Origin: Octopus sinensis
Taxonomy: Eukaryota
Direction: 5' to 3'
NCBI RefSeq assembly: GCF_006345805.1
Contig: NC_043011.1
Span: 65,360,464-65,424,463, forward strand
DNA length: 64,000 nt
In this document: one piece after another, positions 10,653 through 23,094 of the stretch
Layout of the letters: each line of letters starts with the position of its first letter
Numbering within the stretch: the first letter of the stretch is position 1
The notes under the pieces: generated by a model
Databases searched by the model: none
What the model was told of the DNA's origin: nothing
Seen by the model: the letters and a program-made list of their open reading frames with translations, nothing else
Program-made: the position numbers and the translations under genes

Positions 10653-12852
10653 TATCAAATGAAACAGCAAAACCAGAAAACTACAGACCAATAACCTGCT
10701 TCCCTACTATGTTCAAGGCATTTACTGCAGTGATATCGCAAAGGCTGAACAAGCACCTGGACGAAAACAAACTGTTCCCGGAAGAGCAGAAAGGATGCCG
10801 CAAAGGCTCATATGGCTGTAAAGATCAACTAATGATTAATAAAGCCGTAACTGAAGACAGCCACAGAAAGAAGAAAGGCCTCAGTATGGCCTGGATTGAC
10901 TACAAAAAGGCGTTTGATAGCATCCCCCACACATGGATCCTCGAAACACTAGCCATTAACAAAGTAGCACCAACAATCATAAAATTCATAGAGCACTCTA
11001 TGAATAAATGGCAAACAGTCCTACACCTCCAAACAAAAGAGGGACTCATGAAAACCAAAGACATCCCCATTAGAAGAGGAATATTACAGGGAGACACGCT
11101 CTCTCCACTCCTTTTCTGCTTGGCACTGTCACCTCTATCTGATATGCTAAATAGAACTGGATGCGGATATAAATGTTACGGCAAAACGATTAGCAACCTT
11201 TTATATATGGATGACTTAAAACTATACGCTGCAAATGACAAACAGCTGGAAACACAATTAAAGACAGTTCATGGAATTATCAAAGAAATAGATATGAAAT
11301 TTGGATTAGAAAAATGCGCCAAAGTAACCATGAAAAGAGGAAAACTAGTTAAGAGTAACAACATCACACTAGATAAAACCAATGAAATAAAAGAATTAGA
11401 CCAAAGCCAAACTTACAAATACTTAGGAATCCATGAACTAGATAAGACACAACAATAAAATAAAAAAGAATATTATAGACGAGATAAATCAATACTAAAA
11501 ACAGAGCTCAATGCTAAAAACAAGATAATATGTATCAACACTTTAGCTGTCCCAGTTATAAGTTACAGCTACAATATCCTTAACTGGACACGAAATGAAC
11601 TGTCCAAAATAGATAGGAAAACAAGAAAAATACTGACAGGATCTAGGATGCATCACCCAAAATCTGACATAGAAATACTATATATACAACGTATAGAAGG
11701 TGGTAGAGGACTTATACAGCTGGAAAACTACTATAAAATAACCACCATAGGACTGCAAAAATACCTACTTCAGAAGGAAGGAAAACTGATCCAGATAGCA
11801 GCAAAACACGAGCAAAACAAAAAACTGTTCTCAGTATTTAAGGAAGCTGACAAATACAAACAAGAAATCATACCACCTAATAAACACGAAGAAGAAGAAG
11901 AAGATGATGAAGAAAACACAAAAGCTATAAAACAAATGAAATCCAAATTAAAAATAGAACAGCAACGAACCATGATAAAACGATGGCAAGAAAAGCCCCT
12001 TCATGGTGAATACTGCACTAAACTAAACGCAAATGAAATAGACAAAGAAAAATCCCAGCAATGGTTGAGAAGCTCAGGACTCAAAGCAGAAACAGAGGGA
12101 TTTTTAATTGCAGCACAAGACCAAAGCCTCCCCACCAGAAATTACCAAAAACATGTAATGAAAAGACTTATTACAAGTAACTGCAGAATATGTGGAGATG
12201 GACAAGAAACAATAACTCATATTATCTCTAGCTGCCCAGTCCCGGCTAAGAAGGAATATATTCACAGACATGACAGAGTTGGAATCTACATACATTGGAA
12301 GCTATGCCAACATTATGGAATAACAACAGAAAAAAGTTGTTATAGGCACACACCAGAAAAGGTCACAGAAAACGAGAAAGCAACCATAGTCTGGGATATG
12401 CCCATACACACAGATAGAGAAATTAAGGCCAACAGACCAGATATAGTTGTCAGAGATCATGAAGAAAAACATGCTTTCTAATTGATGTATCAATACCGGC
12501 AGATGAAAACGTGTCTCTAAAAGAAATGGAGAAACTCTCAAAATACAAAGACCTGGAAATAGAGGTAACTAGAATGTGGAATCTGAAAACAGAAACAATT
12601 CCTATCATAGTAGGTGCGCTAGGCATGATAAAAAAATATTCAGACAAATACATAACAAAAACACCAGGACTTACAAACACATATAACATACAGAAAATTG
12701 CATTAATAGGCACTGCACACATCCTACGCAGAACACTTTCCATACAATAACCATCAGAGCATCACAACAAATTACAGCACATACCCAAGGCACACAGAGC
12801 TGCGCTCGGTAGTGAAGTGAAATCACGCTATAAAAATAAAACTACTGAATGA
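10652..12852 (+). mobile_element. R4/Dong-clade LINE (RT + CCHC + restriction-like endonuclease), family A, 5'-truncated
   Basis: EEQKGCRKGSYGCKDQL, WIDYKKAFDS, QGDTLSPLLF, YMDDLKLYA, CRICGDGQETITHIISSC, RHDRV, NRPDIVV..IDVSIP..KLSKYKDL. (AAT)n lies on both sides. Confidence 0.92.
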
Positions 12853-12853
12853 C

Positions 12854-12925
<72 letters not shown>

Positions 12926-13101
12926 AAGAAGAAGAAGAAGAGAAGCGGAAGAGGAAGTAGAAACCGGATGTAATATTATTCTTTCCTCTTCTGATCAATA
13001 CCACAAACATTCTTTTCAGTTGCTTTAGGAGAACCAATTGAGCATGTCTCTCAGTGGTTTACGATACAACTCGTACAAATATAAAGCAAAAGTCATACAT
13101 A

Positions 13102-13158
<57 letters not shown>

Positions 13159-13159
<1 letters not shown>

Positions 13160-13370
13160 CCTGATGTAGTACCATGCAATGGCCCCCATGTCTTCTGATC
13201 TAAACTTATTGGAAGTGTTATCATGTACATTGTTTTGTCATGATATAAAACATGGGCTACTGCAAATATTTTGCTCAATACCACAAATTTGCTTGTCAGT
13301 TGCTTCAGCATAACCAGTTAAGCTTGTCTCTCAGTGGTTGAAGATACGTGCATCTATGCTCCTGATCAGA
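13159..13370. mobile_element. Partial copy of the 0.5 kb (TAA)n-associated repeat
   Basis: (AAT)n followed by CCCTGATGTAGTACC.. matching 58048 onward. Confidence 0.7.
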
Positions 13371-13662
13371 TGTAGTGTGGTAGCACTACATAATTAGCAG
13401 GAATAACAAATGGTGTCAGATACTGACTCCTTAGAAACTCAACGATGTATCAATGGAATTGAAGCTTTCAATGACTGCGTGCACGAGATGCAGAGGCTGG
13501 TCTCTGACTCTTGTTTGAATAATTCTAAGAACATGACAAATAAAATAAAATACATCCAAAGAAAGCACACCTGCGTATATTCCTTTTCATAGCTTCTCTC
13601 TGAAGATTTACATTACAAGCGAACCAAAAAGGAGTTGTCATGGATAATGCATATTAGTTACC

Positions 13663-13695
<33 letters not shown>

Positions 13696-13722
13696 AATCA
13701 TCATCATCATTATCATCATCAT

Positions 13723-13772
<50 letters not shown>

Positions 13773-13888
13773 ACAATAATGTGCAATAAGTAACGTCGGT
13801 TTGGTCCTATCTGTTTATAGAATTGGATGGAATTTAAAGTATATATTTATGAAATTCCGTGTATCTCAGCTGAGATAAGACGTGGAAT

Positions 13889-13946
13889 ATGAGAGGCAAC
13901 CAAACCATGATAGCATTCTACATATATCTTTTGCTTCCTAACCTTG
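13889..13946 (+). CDS. Paralog of the signal-peptide-like exon, MRGNQTMIAFYIYLLLPNL(G)
   Basis: Same frame and GTAAGT donor. One K/Q change and one synonymous TAC/TAT change relative to 9166-9223. Confidence 0.3.
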
Positions 13947-14039
13947 GTAAGTGTTTTGAAAATTACATAACGTAAATGGTTATCTATGAATTTACATAGA
14001 ATTCTAAGCTGATATTTGTCATTTTTCATTTTTTCATTT

Positions 14040-15800
14040 TCATCTAGTTTCAGCTCCCAAGCTGTGGCCAAGCTGGGGCACCGCCATGCGGTGTTGCTAC
14101 ACGATTTTACTTCATGAATGCTTTTTAGCAATTGACATTTGGTGCATGAGAGAGTTTGATGCACCTTCCCTCATTTGCACCTCCTGTCTTGAAGTTGGTT
14201 CCTCTGGGACACCTGATAGTAAGAGGTCCAACTTTATTTTAAAGGCATCCTCATCCACCCCATGCTTGTCTTTCAGGTCGTTCGAGAGGTTATTGAAGAT
14301 CTGTGGACCTCTGAAACCAAGGCTATCACAGTATCTTGACCTACATCTTGAGGGAAAATTTAGAGTCCTGGCACTATGCAGTGGCGCCCAGTTCTAGCAT
14401 TTTTGTAACTCTCGATGCCAAAGTTTGGGACAATTCCTTCTAGGATCTTCCAGATGTATATTATGGCATATCTTTCTCGCCTACGCTCTAAGGTATAGAG
14501 TCTTAATCTCCTGAGTCTTTCCCAATAACTTATATGCTGCACAGAGGCTATCTTCTTCGTGTAGCTTCGTTGGATCACCTCAAGTTCTGTGATTAATTTG
14601 ACACTAGATGGTGACAATAGCTGAAATCAATAGTCAAAGAGGCTTAGGACAAGCGTCCTCCAGAGGACCATTATGGTTTATTGGTTTCTTGGTCTCTTCT
14701 TCTAAAAGCTCTAAGAATCCATCCGGTAAGCCGTCTATAATTCTTGCCCAACTTAGAAATGTGCACATGAAAGGTTGCATCATCACTCATGTAAATACCC
14801 AGGTCTCGCACTGATTGTTCCACTGGGATTTCAGTCCATCCATGTCCAGTGTATTTATTGGGTATTGCATTTAGTTTTGCGTGCTGATAGCATAAATCTT
14901 GAAACTTTTCAGCATTGAACTGCATGATATTCTTTTCAGCCCACTTGTATATATTGTCCAGCTCACATTGCATGTGCTTAGTGTCTTTAGGGTACTGAAT
15001 TGCCTGTGAAACCTTTGTATCATCTGCATAACTTGTGATCGTGGCTCTCTTCAGTAGTGGTCCCAAAACAGTGCCTTCGGCAACACCACTCACTATGTGT
15101 GTGTTAATGGAAGTGGCCCCATTGGCTACTACCACTTGACTTCTATCCTTCAGAAAGTCATGAGGCTATTCTCACGATTTTCCAACTATGCCAAGATCAC
15201 GCAGTTTGAGACATATCATTCCATGATCGATTTATCAAATGCCTTTTCAAAGTCGAGATATATGACTTCCACTTTTGAGTGGTTGAGTAGTCGTTTCAGC
15301 ACCCAGTCATAGTGTTGTAGGAGCTGAGTTAAGCAGCTTCTTCCTGGTCGGAAACCATATTGGGCGTCAGGCAGCAAGTCATTTTCTTCAAGGAAGGTGA
15401 TTAGTTTCCTTCTGACTATTCGCTTTATGACCTTGCTGATGTTTGAAGTCAGAGAGATAGATCTATAAGTTTTGGCTCCACTCTGCTACTTCCTTTATGA
15501 ATAAGGCATATTTTACCCTCCTTCAGTTTTCTTGGAAGTTTGTCAGTTGCAAGGAAGCTCTGAAAGAAGAACTGCAGTGTTCTTGCTAGGACTCGCTTAC
15601 ATACTTTTAGAAGGATTCATGGGAATCCTTTGGGGCCAGTAGCTGAGTTTGGGTTCATTTCATCTATTGCCCTTAATACATCGTCTTCCTTTATATTGAT
15701 GTAATCAATCATCATTGCCTCCGATTTTATATCTGCAGTGGTAAAGAACTCAGTTGGATTGGTGACTTGAAAGTGCCCTAGGGATGGAGTGAAAATACTC
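14040..15800 (-). mobile_element. CR1-like LINE, decayed, 5'-truncated
   Basis: [39 protein letters not shown]. Same family as 23095-24645. Confidence 0.85.
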
Positions 15801-15940
15801 TATAATTGCTCATTTAGTATTTCACGTATCCTCATTGGATTTCCTGTGAGTGTACAATCTTTTTCAAGGAGTGTCCCTATATATATAAACATAAGATAGT
15901 GGTACAACACTGCACCAATATTTACTGGAAATACCTTTAC

Positions 15941-16010
<70 letters not shown>

Positions 16011-16495
16011 AACGAATGTTTGCGAGTTGCGGACATGAAGGAAGGACGTTAAATAAATGACCATTATATAAATATACAACCCGAATGTCGATAATCTAGG
16101 TTTCGAACTTTTTAAATCACTTTTATTTATGTAAATTTCATTGGTCCTTTTTCCGTTGGATTCACCTAGACAAGGTTTCAAATGTAACTCCATCAATGCC
16201 AATATTACTCGTCTGAACGCTTAGCCGTCATCAAACCGAGAACAGTAAAAAAAGTTTCAAACAAAATATTATTAAATAGTTCAATACAGTAGAAGTGCTT
16301 GAAACTAAAACAAAGCAACATATTGGAAATACAGATGTATTATTACCGTTATTAATGGTATTAATAAGGTAACTTCACCCCGCCACAGGCGATATATAAG
16401 GGGAATTTAGAAGCATAAGGGCATATAATACCACCTGCTTATTGTGGACATGAACACCTGGCTCTGATTTTAACAGGAGGCATTATATACCCAAA

Positions 16496-16548
<53 letters not shown>

Positions 16549-16854
16549 AAAACTTACTTGGAGAAGAGAAACGACGCGTGCGTTTGGTGATATAATAACA
16601 TTATAATAAATAAATAAAATATATGCATATATACATACATATATGTACATACTTACATCTGCAGGTATATATACAACCAAATATATATATATATGAAAAG
16701 GGAAGAAATTGAAAAGTAAAAACGTTTCAGATATGAATACAGAATCGCGGCAAATTCCAGTCGCAATCCAAAAACCTTCTTTGACCTTGTCCAACGGAAT
16801 TCCCGCTTGAACAACAAAATTGCAACGTTGGTAGACTCAACAGGCATATCGATT

Positions 16855-18558
16855 GAGAACCCTTATCAACAGAGTCAGTTATTTGCCTAGGCCTTTTCAA
16901 CTATTTTCAAACAAGATGATGGTCGTGAACCCCCTCCATTTGATAGATCGGTACCTCCAATGCGTCGATTGGTCATCACGCGGGACGAAGTCGAACGCCT
17001 TATTCAAGGCCTCGATGTCAACAAGGTTCACGGCCCTGACGGCATACACACACGGGTTATCAAAGCGATGGCTCCGGTCATCTGCGAGCCCTTAACGCGT
17101 CTATTCAATAAGTCATTGGCGACGGGTGTTATACCTGCGGACTGGAGAACAGCGATAAACTGCCCAATTTTCAAGAAAAGGAGCCGCGAAGACCCGCTTA
17201 ACTACCGACCGGTTTCCCGTACATCAATAATCAGCAAAATGTTCAAAACCATCCTTAAGACAAGCATGATGCTCCACCTCCAAACGCAGCCTCTATCTCT
17301 GATTCCCAAAACAGCTTCGTGCCGAAGAGATCATGTTGACCAACTTACTAGTAATGGAAGAATTGGTGACGCGCATCCTTGATGATAGTGATGCTGCTGA
17401 CATCGTTTTTTTGGACTTTGCCAAAGCTTTTGACTCGGTAAACCACCGCCTGTTACTTGTCAAGCTTCAAGCATATAGTTTTCATCCGGATATTGTACGA
17501 TGGGTTGGTGCCTTCCTCTCAGATCGCTCCTTCCAAGTCCAAGTTAATGGTTCGTGGTCCGACGTCTTCAGTGCGAGCAGTGGAAACGCCTCAAGGTTCA
17601 GTGCTTGTGCCCTTATTGTTCTTAGTCTTCAAAAATAACTTGCCCCACGCCCTCACGCAACACACCCTTCTATTTGCCGACGATGTCAGACTGGTCGCTC
17701 CTCGCGGTGGTATAGAGGATTTTCGTCGATGCCTCCACCAAATTTGGAGATGGTCTAACGAATGGGACCTGTGTCTGAACGTGTCAAAGTGCCGTCATCT
17801 GCCTGTCGGCTCTACTCCTGCAACTCAACTTGATTTCGAGCCGGGTCGTCTGCTGCTGGAGAGGACCGATCAGGTAAAGGACCTGGGTATCTTGGTGGAT
17901 TCCTTCTTTACGCTTTCAGCCCAGTGCGTCTATGCTGCCAACAAAGCACGCGGATTTCTGTTCTTGATTCGACGGTCATTCGGAATGCTCACAGCAGCCA
18001 TATTCCTACCACTCTATGTCACGCTGGTGAGACCCATATTAGAGGACGCGATTGAAGCCTCTTCTCCTTATCTCCTCAGAGACATACAGCATCTCGAAAG
18101 AGTCCAGAAGCTGGCTACCCGCATGGTTCTTGGTCTCAAGAATTTGTCTTATGAAGAAAGGCTGAAGACGCTCGACCTTTATTCTCTAGAAAAACGACGA
18201 CGCCGTGGTGATCTCATTCTTGCTCACAACATCATAAGCGGAAAGTGTAACCTCTCGAAGGAGCTGTTCTTCACTCCGGCTCCAGAGCGTCTGCTGCGGG
18301 GTCATTTCGAAAAGCTCTATCTGCGACGATTTCATCTCCATCGAAGGAGAGGGCCTTTCTACATCCGGGTTGCGGATCCGTGGAATAAGCTGCCGGACGT
18401 GATGGTGAAGATGCCGACGACAGTTCGGTTCAAAGTCTCCCTTTCCCACAAGTGGCCTGAACTCTTTACATGAACACCACCCTGTACATAAATCCATGTC
18501 CCCCTACATGGCCTTGCTTTTTTTCTTTTTGAGCCACAAGATTAACTAACTAACTAAC
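16855..18558 (+). mobile_element. CR1-like LINE (second, more GC-rich family), 5'-truncated, (TAAC)n tail
   Basis: [67 protein letters not shown]. Ends ACTAACTAACTAAC. Confidence 0.9.
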
Positions 18559-19109
18559 ATTTCAGTACAGGGCACCACAAATAAACGTAGAGCACAACGA
18601 GAAACGAAAACATAAAATCAAACACGGAAACGGACTTTTTTGAACAACGAAGAAACAGAGTACAGGAAAAGCAATACAAGGAACATTCCCTTCATCAGCT
18701 TCCCTGGTGCGACTCAAAGCGTGTTTAGAAGGTAAGGGCAGAACACGGCTAGCCTAAACAGTCCTTCCTGCAAAAGGAATTAAGTAAAATTATTTTGCAG
18801 AAGGGTCAAACAAGTGACAAGAACAAGACGTAAAAGCAATACAAATGAAGACAAAAAAGTACAAATAATGAATAACAGGACAGGGAACCAACAAAGAGTG
18901 CTTTCTTTAGGCCTAGACGGTGAAGACGCTCACTCTTACACTTTATTTCACCTTTCCTCCCTGCCTGTCTGTCTTCACATATATATATATTCGGATATAT
19001 TCCTTCTATATGTTATGTATAAATATTATTTTTTGCAGTCATTATATTGTGGGCATGTTGGTGTAGCACACATAAGGTTTTAATCAAACGGCTACATCTG
19101 GGAAATTCT

Positions 19110-19270
19110 TATCTGTGTTCCATCTGCGGATACGTTCTGAGTGCAGATGTCGCCGAGGTCAACTTTGCACTTCATCCATTCGGGGTCAATAAAATAAGTA
19201 ACAGTTACGCTCTAAATCGATGTCTGTCCTTGTTTGTCCCTTACATGTTTAGCTCCCCGTGAGCAATAAT
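19110..19270 (+). mobile_element. Decayed tRNA-derived SINE (paralog of 7655-7830)
   Basis: TACGTTCTGAG..GCCGAGGTCAACTTTGC..CATCCATTCGGGGTC..GTCCTTGTTTGTCCC. Confidence 0.7.
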
Positions 19271-20449
19271 TAAATAATATCATTTTATTCTGTAATATAA
19301 CAACATATCAAAATTACATATAAGGAACGATTTTAGGAAATTTTCAATGAAACCGAATGGATCTGCTTCAAATATTGTGATATTTCATTGTGATGTGATC
19401 AGTCAGATGTGCTTTTGTTTACATGTGAGATGACGTGGTATCCATCGAGCAAAATCCCAAATAACGCCAGATTCATTGCCCATAATACCTGTAATTGTCT
19501 CACTGGATATGCTAGTAACGTTGGTAATTTAATTTTGAAACAAGTCTCATGTTATCTGTCACCATCTGGGGAAGACCAGTAATGTCTTCTACTATAGTGG
19601 CAGTTGCAGGACGTCCAGGCATCGCATTATTTTCAAGTCAATCCATTCCACACCTAAATTCATCTGACAAACTTTTCCACTGTTTCTATTGCTCTAACAT
19701 CGCCCCTGATGTAGCAACCATGCCCGCATGTGTACCTATGCAGATTAAACCATTTATCTGTCGTTTTGCAGTAAAGTATTTTGTCCAGAATTCGCTACTA
19801 ACTATTTAAGTTGTTTTTGAAGAGGCATTTATCAGTTTATCGGAAAGATGGCAGCTATTTATTAAGAGCTGCTTCAATGCATACACAATTTCAAAGCTCG
19901 TAAATATCCCATGTTATTTGACAATTCAAAATTCTCATTCATTTATTGTCGTGCTATGAACCTTTCAGACTTCACTCTTTGTAACTATATAAACTTATGT
20001 ATATGATCACAGAAACTTATATGCGTTGGTGAGAATCTGGGTGGTGCGTGTGTGTCCATGTATGTATGTTAGTGAGTTTGTGCTTTTTTAAGTGTGTGTC
20101 TGTGCGTGTAGAATAGAGAAGTTATAAATCCATGAGCCCTTACACATATATAAATGTATATGGACTTGCATAAGAATAGAAAATAACTAAAATCATTTTA
20201 TTTCGTCCAAGTTGTAATTAACAATGTCATATTTCCCTATTTTAAAGTAGGAATTTTTCTCGTTTCTGTTGTTGTAACAGACATATGGGACACAGCATGC
20301 TAGGGCGTAGCACAAACCGTGTGCCCCAAAGAGTTTGATGTCTATAAAAGAAACAGAATCAACTGCCTGTATGTTCCATATAAATAATATTATTTATGTA
20401 ACAACTAAATTTATCAATTTTAAATAAAATTTGTTCTATATAATTCATT

Positions 20450-20760
20450 ATACAGAATCGAATGGTATTTTCTCGACATCGTTATCTTGCTTTACATTGA
20501 ACCACTTCTCACGGACCACAAACATCTTGATCCTTCGGGGAAGACTGTTTTTGCTTATTTGCGCAGTTATGTTACCCATCGCTTCCGATACATCTCCGAA
20601 TGTTGCAAATTCGATGATCTCGTGAATGATTCTTGAGTTTCCAGTACACGCAATGGATGTAGAGAGCGAGATCTAGATTGTATATAGTGATTCGAGAAGG
20701 GAAACACTCTTACCCCAAGACAAAAAATTGAGCTCAGACTTTCATTACGGAACATATACC
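20450..20760 (-). mobile_element. Decayed mariner transposase 3' remnant (longest copy)
   Basis: Frameshifted LGVRVFPF / LDLALYIHCVYWKLKNHSRDHR / RIKMFVVREKWFNVK..VEK resembles the mariner LGWEVLPHPPYSPDLAPSD..LK..RW.K..VEK layout. Confidence 0.6.
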
Positions 20761-21014
20761 ATGCGTAAGCTGAAGCAGTGCAGCTAAGCTAAGAAAGGCA
20801 TATATATATATATATATATATATAAATATTAGGGAATAAATCGAAATTTACAAGGAAAAATCAGATTTAAGATTGAATCCAATTTTATAATAAAATATTA
20901 TATTATAATAAATTAGAGACAAAACCACCATTATGCAAATCAAACAAAGAAAGACTTAAGCCAATACATAAAATATAAAATAATTTATATAAATTAAAAT
21001 TTAACAAATGAATA

Positions 21015-21064
21015 ACCACTACGATCGTTTCGTGTCTGCACATCTTAGACATTCTTCAGGTGGT
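21015..21064 (-). ncRNA. Minimal type I hammerhead ribozyme motif
   Basis: ACCAC CTGAAGA aTGTCT aagatgtgc AGACAc GAAAC gatc GTA GTGGT: stem I, core, stem II, palindromic stem III and a GUA cleavage triplet. Confidence 0.75.
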
Positions 21065-21115
21065 TTCTAAACCTTCTTAGCTTCATAGTTTATAACTCGC
21101 TAAGAAGGTTTAGAA

Positions 21116-21165
21116 ACCACCTAAAGTATGTCTAAGATGTGCTGACACGAAACGATCGTAGTAGT
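21116..21165 (+). ncRNA. Hammerhead motif, core mutated (CTAAAGT)
   Basis: Mirror copy of 21015-21064 with substitutions in the CUGANGA core. Confidence 0.5.
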
Positions 21166-21332
21166 TATTCATTTGTTAAATTTTAACTTATATAAATTAT
21201 TTTATATTTTATGTATTGGCTTAAGTCTTTCTTTGTTTGATTTGCATAATGGTGGTTTTGTCTCTAATTTATTATAATATATATATATACATATATATAT
21301 ACATATATATATATACATGTATATATATATAT

Positions 21333-21435
<103 letters not shown>

Positions 21436-21456
21436 TATACATGTATATATATATAC

Positions 21457-21514
<58 letters not shown>

Positions 21515-21638
21515 ATATATATATACATACATGTATATATATATATATATGTATATATATATGTATATATATATGTATATATATATGTATTTATATATAT
21601 GTATGTATATGTATATATAGATCCTTATATATATATAT

Positions 21639-22830
21639 GATCTTTCTGAGTAAGCTGTCCAATATTGGTGTCACTGGAAAGCTGCTGCAGTGGATCAAGT
21701 GCTTCCTGTCTAACAGAACCCAACATGTTGTAGTCGAAGGAGTCAAATCCAGCCCAGCCAAAGTCAGCAGTGGTGTCCCACAAGGCACTGTGTTGGGCCC
21801 ACTTCTCTTCATCATCTACATAAATGATATTACTGACACCATCAAACACAGTAGCATCAGAACCTTCGCTGATGATTCCAAGCTCGAGAAGGTTATCAAT
21901 GGCGTGGATGACCGAATAAGCCTTCAGTCAGACCTACTGGCTGTTGTCCAATGGGCGGAAAAGAATAACATGCTGCTAAACGAAGACAAATTCGAACTGA
22001 TCCACTTTGGAAGGGAGGACGCTCTGAAACTCCTATACTCTCTTCCTTCTGGAGAAATTCTCAAGGCGTCCAACAACATTAGAGACTTGGGAGTAACAGT
22101 GGACAACAACATAAGCTGGGCTACACATATAAGCAGCAAAGTTGACATGGCCCGCAGAATGTGTTCCTGGATTCTCAGAACCTTCAAGTCGAGAGATTCC
22201 CACGCTATTATACTTCTCTTCTCCACTTTTGCCCGCCCCACCTTCAATACTGCTGTCCACTGTGGTCTCCCTACACAAAACAAAATATTATGAGAATTGA
22301 AGCTCCCCAAAGGTCAATCACAAAAAAGATAGATGGCGTGTCAGACCTTGACTACTGGGGTAGACTAGAGAAGCTGAAATTGTATTCACTCCAACGACGC
22401 TGTGAACGCTACATTATCTGTATGATGTGGAAAATATTCCATCAGCACTGTCCGAATGATGTTGGCATCACCTTCAAAATACATCCAAGGCTTGGACCAC
22501 GTGCCATCCGTCCACAACAAAAATCTAAATCGCATCACATAACGACAATACGGCACAACTATTTCACCTCAATTGGACCCACTCTCTTCAACATTACACC
22601 AGGTCACGTCAAAAAAGAAACTGACCACACAAAATTCAAGAAGTCTTTGGACAAATTCCTTCAAACAGTACCGGACAAACCACCCACACCCGGCTATGTC
22701 TCCGCAAAAAATAACTCTCTGCTCGAATGGGAATTGGTGCCCAAACCCTGAACTGAAAGACTTCGACAGGTGGTGCTATTAAGTTAGACATGGACTGGGC
22801 CAATACTGGCCAAAACCTTTCTAAGTTATT

Positions 22831-22831
<1 letters not shown>
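21639..22831 (+). mobile_element. CR1-like LINE (third family), 5'-truncated, embedded in (TA)n
   Basis: [45 protein letters not shown]. Short-repeat tail (TCTAAGTTA). Confidence 0.92.
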
Positions 22832-22911
<80 letters not shown>

Positions 22912-22934
22912 TTATATGTATATATATGCATATA

Positions 22935-23029
<95 letters not shown>

Positions 23030-23094
23030 GCATATACCTGTATACATGCATACAAATACATATACATATATATATAGATTATATATTTTTATTT

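Larger units (their letters stand above)
13665..20800 (-). repeat. Block M copy 2, inverted, interrupted by LINEs and deletions
   Basis: 13665-14010 matches rc of 9100-9670 (with a 286 bp deletion). 16010-16440 matches rc of 8290-8720. 19110-20800 matches rc of 6262-7830. Confidence 0.9.
20900..21280. mobile_element. Palindrome of two ~182 bp Penelope-like terminal segments (17 nt loop)
   Basis: 20900-21081 is the near-perfect reverse complement of 21099-21280. Each arm carries a hammerhead motif. Confidence 0.8.

Noticed and set aside
20455-20690. Open frame starting TAG|ISLSTS.. as a paralog of the ISLQ terminal exon
   Set aside because: The region is better explained as a frameshifted mariner transposase C-terminus, so the ISL match is coincidental.
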